This document shows positions 28,280-44,047 of a stretch of 64,000 nucleotides of DNA, one piece after another. Numbering within the stretch: position 1 is the first letter of the stretch; every line of letters begins with the position of its first letter. Source of the stretch: the human T2T-CHM13v2.0 reference genome, Homo sapiens. Both the position numbers and the translations under genes were made by a program. Below the pieces are notes generated by a model. That model had not been told where the DNA came from. It saw nothing but the letters and a program-made list of their open reading frames with translations, and did no database searches. The DNA is taken from assembly GCF_009914755.1 (NCBI RefSeq), contig NC_060936.1; one strand, written 5' to 3'.

Positions 28280-28790
28280 ACCCTGGAGACAAAACTCCTT
28301 AAGGCTATTAACTCCCCCTGAGCTTCACAATCTAGTCCCTGCAGGTCTCTCCCATCTTCTCTCATACTCCTCTCCTTTTCCCTCTCTGAGCCCCGCTCAG
28401 ATCTTCGAACAGAGAACACTTCTGCATCTTGGCATATATAGTTCTCTCACATAGAACGCTTTCTCCCCTTTAGCTATTTATCCTTCAAGTGTCAGCTCAA
28501 ACATCTCATCATTAGAGAGGTTTTTCCCAAACCTCTAGGTAACTAGGTTAGAAACCACTCCCCATTCCACGGTACACTGTATAGTCTTAGGACACCTGGT
28601 TCCCTTAGTCTCACACTCATCACATTTGACTGTATTGTATGTTCAATGTCTACCTTCTACAAATTTGTCAATTCTTGAAGATTAAGAATCAGTTCTGTAT
28701 TCTTAACTCTATCTCCCTCGCCTCTCAGTGCCTGATACCTAATAGACACTTGATGAATCCTTACTGAATAATAAAATGGATTAATGAATA
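28280..28790. mobile_element. L2 3' end relic
   Basis: tccttcaagtgtcagctcaaac...cagtgcctgatacctaatagacacttgatgaat...tgaat. Confidence 0.6.
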
Positions 28791-31376
28791 AAAGCAATAA
28801 ATTTCAAGGTTAATATTAATAAATTAAAAAGGTTATTTTGAAGTCTGAGAATTAGTACCCAAAACTAACTGTGACTCTCTCATCTGTTATGTTTTTCACG
28901 TTTCCATTGTTCATGGGCAAAATTCTGGCAGCAAGGGATTCTTCTCCTAAGAAACCTTTTGTTTTCTTGGATGTGAATACATTTCCTTGTTTGCCAGAAA
29001 ACATGGTAAGATAACTGGAGAGTATAACATTCATTTTATTCATGAAGAAACTGTTATTCAGTTTAAGGGGTTCTTTTTCAGAAAGTTTCAGAAATCCAAG
29101 ACCTTTGACTGCAAGTACTGTGTTCTTTCATCTATAGGACATTTCCTTTGAAAACTGAGGTTTTAATATTTAATTCTTACATAATAGTAAAAAAGTGAAT
29201 TGGCCTTGGAAAAGACCTAAATCCTGGTCCTAACTCTGCCATTTGCTTGATCATTAAATACCTCTACGAATCAATTTGCTCTATGAACTGGAGGAGTGGG
29301 ATTCATGATCTCTAAGATACCTCATATCACTACTATGAAATGCAGGGAAGTAAAAATTCAAATCATTAAATTTAAAGAAACTATAGTGGCAATGTATTAT
29401 TAGGAATAAACACAATAATTATCCATCTATATGAAAATCTCAAACCATACCAGGCTATGATAATATTAAAATAAAGATACATTGAAGATGATATCAACTT
29501 GTGTAAATCACATTGTGGGGACCTCTCCACAAAAACACTTCCCTTCCCCTTGAAAGGGAAATGATAGAAAATAAGTATTAAAGGCAGCTTAGGGGTTGAA
29601 AAACAAATTTTTTCAAAAAAAAATCCATTGAGCATTTTCTATGTACCAGGCACTGTTCTAGACCCTGAGATCAACACACATGCTACTGATTATAAGATCC
29701 ATAAAATAACTTAGTTTCACTGGCGTGTTCCCAGTGCCCAGGTAACAGTGCTCCATTAATGTTTGTTAAATGATGAGAAAAGAGGAAAGCAGAAGGGGCT
29801 CTGCTCAGGTGCAGGAACTTGTGCAGAGATCTTCTGGACTGATTCCCAGTGCTAACAAGTCCCTTCCAGTTTTATCCACCAATAAGCTATGTCCTTGAGC
29901 TCCTGCCCACTCTCTAGAGAAAACTTTTATTTCAAGGCATACTCCGGGATTCACATGTGATAGAGATGGTTCTGTTCCCAGGAACTTTGGGCATATTTAA
30001 AAACTGGACTGGAAAAATTTGTGACTAGAAAAAGGACATTAAAAACACATGCTCATTTCAGGATAAAGATCTCTGAGGAAAAGAATACAAAATAATTTAA
30101 AAAGAAACAACAGAAACAGGTACACATAAAATACTTCACTTCTCTGTAATAAGGTTTCTGTCCTCCTAGATTCTTTCTCACTAAACTACAGAGAATAAGA
30201 CCGTGCTTTGTTCTCTTATATGCATTCTGTCCACTTCTACATAGGCAAAATTGACTTTTAATTTTGATTTTATGAATGCATACACACGAGAACTTTGAAC
30301 AGTTAGTATAAGGTGAATTCTGATTTTTCAGAATGCATGCCATATATAATGCATTTAATTTTGAGATTATGCTGGCTCTGATTAGCCAAAAGAAGGAAGT
30401 AATATATCACATTCTGGTTATTATTTCAGATCCTTTAGATTACTGTAATAGACATGAAATAGTAAACACAAAATGAAAAATAAATGTGTTATATATCACA
30501 ACACATGACATAATTTCAGATCGTTTAAATCACACAAGTCATCACTGCCATTTACCCAGCAATCAGTTGGCTTGATTCTTCAAGATCTTGAGGAACTCAG
30601 CCTTCAAAACCATGACTTTTTCTTTGCTAATGTTCCTTCAATAGTCTTGACACTTTTAAACTAGAGAGTATAAACCCACAAGGAATTGTTTTATAATTTT
30701 ACAGATGTCTTTATTTTCAAAATCATTTACATTGTGGTTCTCTACCTTGCCTTCTCTTACCCAGCACAAATGAGGTTATACCTCACTCGCAAATTGTTTT
30801 ATCAATTTGATTTTCTTTATTTTATAATTCCTACATAAGCATAGCATTGAAGAAAAAAATTACTTTCATTCTGAAAGGAGCACAGTATTTTGCCTTTTGA
30901 GAAGCTCCTGAATTAAAACATTAATTCCAAGCTAATTGTGAATATGAAACATTCTTAAGCATTTCATATAATTACTAACAGAATGTAGAGTTGAGGTTTC
31001 CAACTGGTTCTAATCACATATACATCTTCCTAAAATAAAATGTTTAATTATACTATTTTGCTGAGAAAAATTTTAAAACAAAAAATGTAAATATTAACTT
31101 TTTATTTCTATGTTGTCATAATATGGATTTTAAATTTTAATTTAAATGCACATTCCATGGCAATGGCTAATATTTTCAACTTTCTCCCTCTTCAACACAT
31201 ACACAAGTCTGTATTCATAGCCTGTTGTAATAGACAAGGTTAAATGTAGCCTAAATGTATATTCCGTTTAAATGCTTTCCTCACTCACTAGCAATTGGTT
31301 ATCACTAGAGAGTTATCTGTGAAATCTTACTCTACATTCCTCAGTCACCTAGTGAAGGTGTACTGATCCACCTTCA

Positions 31377-31766
<390 letters not shown>

Positions 31767-31900
31767 ACCCAAACAATCCAGAGCTGTCAACAGAAAAATC
31801 CTCTGATTCAGGACATAGGTAAGCACTTCCTGGGATAGGCAGGGCATGACCCAAGTTCAGCCTTTTAGCCCTTGTCCTTTTGACCAGACTCCTAGATTCA
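31767..31900 (-). promoter_or_regulatory. GYS2 proximal promoter with nuclear-receptor half-site cluster
   Basis: Immediately upstream of exon 1; TGACCC-A-AGTTCA (31847-31859) and minus-strand TGGTCAAAAGGACA (~31875-31888); not CpG-rich, no clear TATA. Confidence 0.55.
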
Positions 31901-32831
31901 TACAGTTACCAATGCTTATTTCATCATTTCCAAAGTGATACAATATTGGCAACTCCCCTCATTAAGTTTGCAGGCCTCCTTAGATTACATGTAGACTGAT
32001 TGGGACATATTTTTATGCTTTAAATCCCTTTGGATTTCCTAAATATTCTTCTTTCTTTTGATTCCTATTTCTAGAGCTTTTAAAAAATATTCCTAGTTAT
32101 TTTATTCTACACTTACAAATTGAATTTTGGTGATAGCCAGAGATCTTGAGCCCTCTTTTCTCAATTACTTTTCTTAAAACTTTCCCTATAAAAAAGCATA
32201 AATTTGAGTATGTCTTTGGGTGTAACATGAAAAAAAACATAATTTTGACTGGTCAATAATCATCAGTCAATAATTTTAATGAGGTAGTAAAAATAAATCT
32301 TTGTCATGTTTGTACATTTCCTTCAAATATTATCAAATTGATAAAGAATAATTCAGTCAATGTAAATGTTCAAACATGGGAAGAAAAATCATCAGGATCA
32401 GACTGCAGATAAATGGCATATGTTTGCTTTTCCCTTGTGTTTCTATGTTTGTAAATATATATGTTCCAATTTATTTACACACCCATACACATATATCCTA
32501 TATTGTACCTACAGAGAGTTGGTGCATTCACAAGCAAGCTTAATTTTGAGCCATCTTTACAGATGTAGCTAAAATCAATATTTTTACATTATTATTCTCT
32601 AAAGCAGCAGAACTGAAGCTCATACAAAATATCCTTTAAGTTAGAATTACAATCAGAATTGTAATTTGTTACTTGATAATACTATTTTAGCACCTTTTAT
32701 TAGGTTTTAAATTATTTTCTATATACTTGGTCTTATAGACTTACACTTATTTTAATGACTCAAGATGGGCAGAACCACATTTCATTATATTACATTAATA
32801 AATCTATGTAAGCCAAATAGATTAAATATGT

Positions 32832-32985
32832 CAGCTTGATGTGGTAGTACACACCTGTTGTTCCAGCTACTCAGGAGGCTGAGGGGGATGAATCACTTGA
32901 GCCCAGGAGTTTAAGGCCAACCTGAACAACCACTCTCTTAAAAAATAAAATAAAATAAAAAATTAATTAAAACAAAAATAAATAA
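32832..32985 (+). mobile_element. Alu monomer (FLAM-like)
   Basis: Single arm with A-rich tail. Confidence 0.75.
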
Positions 32986-34045
32986 ATGTCGTCTATGATT
33001 TTGTGACACAGTTGATTCTTATCTTTGTCCAGAAAAGTACATTTAAGTACATAGTTTGTTATCCATTTGTTTGCGTTGTGAGAAAAAGATTATATGGCTA
33101 ATAAAAAAAATCAAGTACTAAAATAGAAAACATATGATCCCAAATGATCAAAATGATTGTCTCCTTTATAAAATGGTTTGCTTATGTTCACATAACCTCT
33201 GAGAGTCCTGCAAGTGCACATTCCAGTAAAACCAAATCTAAGGACATGTTGACAGGAGTGAGAATGGGATGACAGTGATAGAGTTTCACGTTTGCAGTTT
33301 TCTGTTCCAGGAGCCTTGAGATTGGTTCATCCAGTGTCACACAGGCTACAGGAGCACAATGATCCATATTCTCCAGCTTACATGATAAGGCTGAATTATT
33401 TATTTGCAATCTGTTCCAGGTATCAACTGCTTAGTTGTGAGTTAGGCACTTGTGGCATCACTTATCTGCTGTGTAAACTTGAGCCAATTTCTTACCTAAG
33501 TTTTTGTTTTCTTGATAAAATGGGGATGAGATAATCTATATAAGTCACTTAACATTGTGCCTGGTACTATGCCAACCACTTTAGTAATCTTAGCCTTTTT
33601 TATAACACATATGATGGTTTAGTAAAAGCTTTCCCTAATGGCAGAGGTTACCATTGAAAAGGAAAGGGGTAAAAAGAAGGCTTTACTTTTCTTTCATTTT
33701 TTTGAAGTTGTACCACCTGTATATATTACCTGATCAAATGCCTAGAGAAAACATTTTTTTCAGAAAAATGACCTTAAGATCAATGAGTATATTTTATAAC
33801 ATCCTAAATGAAAATAAGTAGGATGTAAAATAAAATAAGTAGTATGATTGATTTAATTTTGTGAAAATGTACTCTATACCTCTGTTCATGAAGTATATGT
33901 AATAGAAGGCTGGAATAGACATAAACAAAAGACGGGAGGCTACATGTAAAAACTCTTACAATAGTTGTCTTAAACTGGTTGTAATTATGATTGATATTTG
34001 TGTGGTATTTTTATTTGTGTTCTACACATTTTCTGCAATAAACGT

Positions 34046-34050
<5 letters not shown>

Positions 34051-34082
<32 letters not shown>
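34051..34082. repeat. (TA)16 microsatellite
   Basis: Uninterrupted TA run. Confidence 0.95.
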
Positions 34083-34084
<2 letters not shown>

Positions 34085-34929
34085 GTATATAGGATGAGTA
34101 ACACAGTTTTCAAAAGTTTAATCATATAAATGAATTAAATACACATGATTGTTTCACACACTCACACTCATTATTCTGATTTTTCGAAATTTCTAGTCTT
34201 TAGTTCCCATTTGGCGTTTTTGTGTCAAGTACCAGCACTCTCAGCCACACGTCATCTCCTAATGATTCCTCATAGTAGACTTATTCTCTTGATCCTGTTA
34301 TTCTCAACATGAGAACATCCTTTGCCAATGCTTTGCTTGTTTATGGTAAATATCATTTTCAAAGTTGTTCATTGGGTTAAGAGAGGTAAAATAAATGGAA
34401 CCATATGAAGTATATCCATGAGATGGATATATCTTCATCTATCCATAGTATCTGGATGAATTCCCTTTGTTCAGGTATTTGTGCAGAGAAAGGCAGTCAT
34501 TTGTGCAAAAAGATTTGAAGAGGAATCAGGGAAATTTCTCTTCCTCCCATATCCCTGAACATTCTCCTATAATGTTTGTGCTAAAAGCACAAATTGATGA
34601 GATGAGAGCAGAAAGAGAACAGTCATCCAGACAGAAAGGGAGATGGGTTTTCTCCAAGTTGGGAGAAGCACTCACAAAAGTCCCTGATACCAAATTTTAT
34701 ACTTATGCTAACATTTTATCACCCAATGAAAAGAAGTGAGAGGGCAAGTAGGAACAAATGAAGACTTGTATTTGGTTCCCTTGGTAAGTATTCCAGCAGA
34801 GGTCACTAAATACATTTAGAAAACCACACATTTGCTTTGACTTTTTGGAATCTTCTTAGAAGTCTTCCAAAAAGCCTTTAGACTTCCAAGGCTTGACTTG
34901 CCTGCAGCTGCATATCCAGAATAACTTAG

Positions 34930-37230
34930 TTAACATATTTATGGATCACCTACTATGTGCTACTATTCTCATCACTGAGAATATTTTCGATAAACGGTAG
35001 ATAAGTCTTTGCCTCCATGTGGACACATAGACATTAATCTTGTAAACAAATTATGTTATTTCAGGTTCTGCTAAATTTCTGGAGAAGAAAAACTGCAAAC
35101 AATAGTGAGTGCTATTGGATAGAAATGAGTGCTTTAGGTGGGGAGGTCAAGAAAGACCCTTGTGAGGAAGTGATATTTGAATTAGGATATAAATGATGAG
35201 AAAGTGGCCACATTTGAAGATCTGAGAGAAGTGATTGCAAAGCCTTTAACTCTTACAGAAACAGAAAGAAGACCAATGTGGCTGAAGCCAAAAGCCTAAT
35301 GAATGAGGGGAAGCCTGGAGGGGATGAGGTCAGAGGAAAGTAGGAAATGGATCATAGAGAAGCTGGTCAAGAGCTTGGATTTTATTTTGGTTGTAGTAGG
35401 AAGTCATTGGGAGGTTTTAAGCAGGGAACTTTTTGCTACAAAAAATGGAATGTTGAGAAGTATAAGGCAGGAGGCTTGGAGACTGAGGTTATGAAGCCTG
35501 CATATCACTCGTATATTCTAGAATGTAAAACTTTATTCATTTGGTAGATAATCCCTGCGTTCTTCTGAATGTCATAAAAGCAGAAATGAAAGTTAGTTAT
35601 TTAGCATTTAGTCTTTGCCTTTTAAGGTTAGAGAGAGTACCTTTGTTTTCCCACATAGTGTCTCTATATAATTTTATGTTGTTATCTGTACATTGCTTGT
35701 ATGTACTTTATTATGTGTGTAGTGATGTTGTTACTACAGAAACTGGAGAATTAAAAGCCATATGTCAGGTACTATGATCATGATTCTTGCTCTCATGAAG
35801 TTTACACTCTAGCACAGAAAGTATGTATTAAACAAGTAACTAAAGGACTTTGAGGGTGGTGAATGGAATACAGAATCTGTGAGAGCATGTAACAATAGAA
35901 TTAACTCGATATGGAGTACTAAGAATGATGTCCCTGAGAAAATAATATTTAAATTGAGATCGAAAATGGGAAAAGCTAAGGAAGAGGTGTTTCTAGCAGA
36001 CGAGCTAGTGCATGCAAAGACCAATAGAAATAAAGAATGTGGTAAATTCAAAAAACTGAAAGATCAATATATTTAGATTCAGCAAACTTGAGGTAGAAAG
36101 TGATATAGGAATGAACCTGGAGAAGTGGGAAGGGGCTAAGAATTTTGAATTTATCTTAATAATAAGGAAAAGCATGATAGGATTTGCATTATTTTATTTC
36201 TTTATAGTTTTAACTTTTAAATGGAAGTGGAACACATAAATAGCATAGTGTAGAAATTATAGCCCAGTGAGTTAATACGAAGCAAACACTTTTGTGTAAC
36301 TATTCAATAAAAAATTGGAACAAACAATACCAGAGTGAATTTTTTTCAGAGAACTGATTCCATGGTATGACATATTTCAAATAGTGGATCATTCTACAGA
36401 TTTGCATTTTCCAAAGATCATTCTCACTGCATAACTGAGAATGAGTTAAAGGAGGGATGAAACTTAAGGTGATGTGTTTGTAGCATTATGGAGATGTATT
36501 ATGTGAACATTTAACTCCTGAATATTTAATTATATCAGCTAGACAAACAGAAGATAGAAAAAAACAAGAAATAACACTTTACATAGCCTGGAATAATTTA
36601 CTCAGTGAAGAGACAGGATGACCCAGACTGAGGAGCCGCTGGGAGACTGTGTTTTTTACAGTCAGTCTTTTCAGAATCTGAGTGTCTCACTGGCTGAATG
36701 TGGTGAAGGGTTGGCACACACATTTTGACCAGAATCCCTACCTTATATGCTGGCTTTAGAACCCAGCATCAGTTAAAATGACTCCAGTGTGTCTAGACTA
36801 GAGAAGGTGGCTGGTTGCACTAGAGTGATGGCAGTGAGATTAGAGAAGTGAGTAGTGAGGTATGTTTGAGGTAACAGTTTGTGGAGTTGATTGGTTGTGG
36901 GGAAGGGTCAATGCCTAGGTTTCTAGTTTGGACAACCAAGTGGATGGTCATGCAGTGTACCACAATAAGAAATATTGAGTGTGGGAGGGAAATAGATTTG
37001 CTTGAGACATTAGAGAATGACTTCTCTTTCCGATGTGGTGAGTTTGAGACACCAGCCAGATGCTCAGTAAGAAGTTAAATATTATGCCTACTAAGAACCT
37101 GAGATGAGAGATCTGGGGCACAGTTGGTAACTGAAGCCATGGGAGTGGTAGGTTCTGAGGAAGAGGAGGTGCAGGGTGGATAGGGTAAACTACATGAAGC
37201 AGAGCTCCAGAAGGGTCAACTTTTAAGGCA
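34930..37230. mobile_element. Cluster of fragmented L2 relics
   Basis: Purine-rich L2-type phrases (gaggaagtgatatttgaa, gggaggttttaagcaggg, ccaaagatcattctcactgc, gagtttgagacacc); boundaries approximate. Confidence 0.55.
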
Positions 37231-37790
37231 GAGGCCGCAATATGGTGCGATGAGTTTAGATTGGTACATGCAGTGTTGCCACAAAAGAGTCAAACATCTT
37301 TCAAAAGAGATTTCACATAAACCTTTGGATTTCTCTTCAAAAATCAGATCTGGCCACTCTGGATTCTATTTGCATGGCTTCATGAAATAATCAGCTGGAG
37401 CTGGGTAAATCTCTCCTGAAATCATCACAGTCATCTCAGTCTCCATGGGCCTACATTAACTGTCAGGTTTCTAGAAACACTTAAGCTCCTGAGTTAATTT
37501 TTTTTTCCACGTGCATTTGGAGTTGCTGATCAGGAAGCAGCCAAAGGCAAAGCAAGAAATTATCCTTAAATTAAACTTACAATCTAAGCTGACAATGCCC
37601 ATCCATCACACTGAAGATCGTGAGAGAGATTTTTGACCTTGACTGTTGAGATTACCTTAGTATAGACTGAATTTTACCCGTATACTCAGAACTTGTTTTT
37701 GGAATAGAGCTTTTGGTTTGTGATCCCTCTTCTCTAATTTTATTTTAAACTCTTTTGCTACACAAGATGAAGGGATTAGGAAAGGTAGCT

Positions 37791-37826
37791 ATCGCTTCTC
37801 GGCCTTTTGGCTAAAATCAAATGTAG
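37791..37826 (+). pseudogene. U2 snRNA 5' fragment (nt 1-~36), tailless retropseudogene
   Basis: ATCGCTTCTCGGCCTTTTGGCTAAaATCAAaTGTAG = U2 5' end with 2 mismatches; direct repeat taggaaaggtagctat at 37777-37792 and 37824-37839. Confidence 0.93.
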
Positions 37827-38192
37827 GAAAGGTAGCTATAGCCCCTATGGATAAAGAAGTAAACAAATAAGATTTTGGGTAAGAGAGAAAGCAGAGGGAT
37901 AATATCTCTCTGGGAAGAGATCAAGTCATCCAGTGACGTTTAATCAAATGTGTTGCTTTCGTCCTTATCTCGTTCTGTGACATCCATGTACGGTCCTCTA
38001 TTCTCCCAAGGAATTTTTAATAAAATCAATATAAGAAATATTTTTAAATAAAAGTTTACAAAAACAGAGCCTGGAGAGAAAATGTGCAATGATAAGAGCT
38101 TACGTGCCAAGAGTGGAAGCCAAGGCTCGATGACACTTTGAGTTTACCAGGAAAGAGGGAGCAGAGTAAAATTGTTAAAAACTAGGGCTTTG

Positions 38193-38497
<305 letters not shown>

Positions 38498-39069
38498 AAA
38501 ACTAGGGCTTTGGAGTCAAGCCAGTCTCATTTAGAAGTGGACTACTTAGTAGACTGTGAAATGGGGGTGATGATATTCACTTCACGAGGTTGTTGTGGGG
38601 ATTAAATGAGCATGTATGAATGCTCTTTGCACAGTGTCTGCCAAAGCCTGCATCGGCTCAGAGATCAGGGATTCCAAGCCAGATGCATGGAGTCAACCTG
38701 ATGGCCAGCCAGCTCAAGCTGCTCATCTGCCTCCTGCAGGAGACCATCAGTTGGCTGCCATCTAGGCTCTCTTTTCTCCACGCTCTGCTCAGGTGAGAGA
38801 TGCTGATATGAAGGCTAGGAATACTGAACAACAGGCTTACTTTTCTGACATTCTCCACCAAATTTAAGATATGAAATATTGTCAAATATTATTTACATGG
38901 TGATTTTGTATGAAGCAGAAGCATATATGCTATGCAGAGGCTTATAAAATATACAGTGGTATATACATATGAGTAAATGCCAAGTATTACAAAGACAAAC
39001 AAGTCAAGTAATATAAGTGGCAATGTTAAACTTTTTTTTCCAAAATGGTGTCATGAAAATAGTTGACAA

Positions 39070-39437
<368 letters not shown>

Positions 39438-42400
39438 GTCGATGAAAATTTTTTTTAATATAAAGAGGAAAATTCGAATGTTAGTACAGGTGTGGCACTA
39501 AATTAGTTTCTGTCAGGTGGAATGCCTTTTGGTAGTTACCTTTTTTACCTTCTGTGTTAATGCTCAATGTAGTTAGGCAAACCTGAGAATCAGTCCTACC
39601 CCACCTTGATGAAACCCACAACACATGAGATCCCAAGTAACTCCTTTACCATCAAAACAAGTCAAATATCTCCTTGAGAACACATTTTTTTTTAAATTTA
39701 GCTGTTTCTGTCAACCTAATCTCTATTTGCATATGGAGAAGGCATAAAAGCACATTCTCACTAAACGCAAATTCTGGATGTGGTAGTGTCAGACCAAGAG
39801 GAGAAGTCCTAACAGTCATAACATTACCCAGCCCTATTATTATCACGATTTTGAGGGAAAATTAGATATTAAGATTTAATGCTAAGTTATACTCACATTT
39901 AATGTTTTTATAAGATTATATCTTCCACAAGATCAGTACTGGGTTCTCAGTCACTATACTTTATGTGATTGGCTGTTCCATATGCACTTTGACTAGAAAA
40001 CAAATGGTTCCTGTAACACTTAAATAGTTTCCAAGGAATATTGTGGAATCACTTTCCTGATAAGAGATAATAAAACCCTTTGATGTTGATTTAGGGTGGA
40101 AAGTTGATAAAAAGTAGAGGGATATTAGAAACTGTCAAGAGATTTTTTTTCTAAGTTTATATGCTAGCCCACAGATGCCAAATATGTTCTATTTGTTTTA
40201 AGAAGTCTTTCTAACACAGTATGAGGAAAACAGGTGGGGGTGTAAATACATGCTTCAACATAGGATATCTTAAGAAATAAGAGCATTGGTTTAATTTGGG
40301 GAGTTGCCTGTTTTTAGATGTGTGATCTCCAGCAAGTTTCTTTAAATGAAATCAGCTTTTCGCTAAATGTATGCATAGCTGCCTAGTTAAAACCACAATT
40401 GAATTAATAAATCAATGATGAATTAATGAATTAGAGATGAAAGTAATGCCGCTATTTATCCTACCCACAAGGCATATTAACATTTTTATGGCAAAAAAAG
40501 GTTTTATTTATTTTTTAAGACATAATATTTAGAACCTTTGGTTTTGCTAATAAACTCAAATGTATTCTATGAATGAAGGTAAACCTTAAGAATGCTTACT
40601 TTTTGGATTATGAACTAAGCTGGTTTCCCATTCATCCTGGAAACATGGTCACCTGGCTGGAGAACAAAAATACCACAGATTTCTGGAGATCAGGTATAGG
40701 CATGCAACTAATTTTCACCAAAGCAATTGGTGAATTGATTCATGACCTTACATTGCTTTCCCCCAAAACCTCATGATTTATAAAAAAAGATTTCTTCCTG
40801 AAAATATATTTTATAACATCCTAATTAGCTAAAAAGTAATTGATAAGAAAGGGAAGGTTATTCCTGAGGCTTGACCCAGTCAAAAATGATTGAGCTGCAA
40901 TACAAGCAGATACCGCTTGGGTAATCAACACTCCAGATGTAAAGCATGCAATCTCTTCCAAAACAACCATGGAAGAGTTAAAAGTACGAGCAATATATTA
41001 GTGTTATCTATTTGGCAATTAGCCTAGCAGTTCTCATCTTCAGGGGAAAGATTGGCAAATACATGTAGACAGTAGCTATGTCATTAAAAACTGATTTTAT
41101 GAGTCTTTAAGCCCTAGGACAAATTAACTTCTGGATTGAAGTCAAAAATACTGTTTGTTCTGAAAGCATTTATTGCATCAACTTTGCTACTGGTTAAAAT
41201 TAGGCATTGTTGAGAAATAGGACATATAGTTTTCACAATATTACTTGTGGAAAAATAGGAAAAGACTTCGAAAGTAGTCTTTAAGGTTTATTTTGTCTTC
41301 AACCATATAAATCTTAATTATGAGTTTTAAAAAAGCCAAATACTTCTATAAGAGAAAAAAGTCTACACATTTGAAACTGGGTGAATTCTACAAATGATGA
41401 AGAATGGCTTTTTAAGTTTTTACGAATTACTAGTTCAATACCTGCCACAGTTCATTACGCCACAGGTGCTTTGGGGAGGTGCTAGAACATACATATGAAA
41501 TTAGGAATTTTATATTGATTGTGTAAAATATTAGACATCACCTCAACCAAAATGCACCTTAAAATAAGTATTTTTGTCTCCTTTGGGGAGGAGTAGTGCA
41601 GTTTGCAGAATAACAGGAAGAGGAAGTTGTTATCTGTTCTAGATATCTGTTTCATTCTCTTTGGATTTTTTTTCTGAGGGCTTCAGAAGATTGTAATGAC
41701 TAGAATTTTACTCTTCTTATGATGGTAATTATTTACCAAATGATATTTTTGAAAAATTTCCTCATGGAAAATTGGCCTCCTTATATCTGACCAGAAACTA
41801 ATCATCTTCTGGTGCAATTAATTCATTCTCTAGAGTCAATGTAGCAGACAGAAATTGGACTCATTAAAACAAAATTCTATGAGGAATACTGCTCATCCAG
41901 TTTATTGGTGAAAACTCCAGACAGCAGAGGTTTGAGTGTAATTCAGGAGACTTTCGCCCAGTTAACATATTTAATGCATAATAATCTTTGGAGAATTTTG
42001 CTAATTCAGAATTTTATGAAGACTACGGGATTAGTTACATAAGAGTGAATTCACATTGAATAACATGAACAAGTTTTAAAAAGTTAATTTAGGCATAATC
42101 TATGCAGCAAAACACAAAAGATAGTTCCATTATTCATTCCTAGTTTCTTCCTTGCAAGGAATTGCTGAAAGCCCTGACCTAGAAACAACTGAGAGATCTT
42201 TCTTCACACCATTTCTGGACCTCTCTCTTTTTGGAGTTGCCTGGATTTTATTGATGCTTTTCCTAATGTTTCCTGGCAATCTGTCTGTCTCATGCCACAC
42301 TGTCCTGGGAATTGTTATTTTTGTGTCAGAGTCCTTTATTAGTACTTCCAGTTTTTTCATTCTGCATCTGGAAATGTTCACAGTTTATGCTCTGAGTTGT

Positions 42401-42971
42401 ACTGATTTTCTCTTAAATATATCTCAAAGGAGTGCATTTTCCCCCACTACCTGTTCTGCCACCGTGATCCAGCCACCTTTATCTATAACCTATCATCTGT
42501 AACCTTATTTATAAGGCAGCCTTAGCCTTCTGACTCATTCTAACTAGACTTCCCCCTTTTTCTTAGCTCTCCCTGCCACAAACACACACAGTCATTTCCC
42601 ACATGGTAGCCAATGTAATCATTTCATAGGAAACTATGACCATATTTCTACTGTACTTAAAACATCTCATCTAATTCCATCACTCTTGGATAAGTCCAAC
42701 ACCACCAGAACAACCACCACCACCCTTTCCACCCTACCCAAAGAAAAACCCAAAACATCAATTCTGCTTGGCAATTCAAGCAATTTTATACTGGAAAGAA
42801 TGGATATCTTTATGACATTGTCCTCCCACCCAGGAATATGAAATATCTATTTATTATTGCCTTAGTTAGTTTTTATTATTTTCTTCTTATAAGATTTCAC
42901 TTTTATTATTTAATTTGTTCATAGATATTTTAGAGCTTTTTTCATTAGTGCAATATGTGAAGTGAGATTTT

Positions 42972-43719
<748 letters not shown>

Positions 43720-44047
43720 AGATTTTTTTTTAGGTAGGCAATCATCTAAAAGTAGTAATTCTTTCTCAATGTTTATAACATGTTTCATTTTTGTTTGATT
43801 GCAATAACTAGAATATACCAAACATTGCCAAATAATAATGATAAGCACTCATAAAAGTTTCCTGGCTTTAATGAGACTGTTTTTAGTATTAATATTTTAG
43901 TATAATGTGTGCTATTGACCCCTAAAACAACTGTTGTCGTGTTTAGTAATTTTTCTTATTTTTCTCCTATTTTTACTTTTTCAATTGTATTCATTTTTTC
44001 TATTTGCTAACCTCAGATGTAGAGTTTAATTTTCAAAAATTTCTTGG

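Noticed and set aside
37791-37826. Functional U2 snRNA gene
   Set aside because: Only ~36 nt, no Sm site or 3' stem-loops, flanked by a TSD
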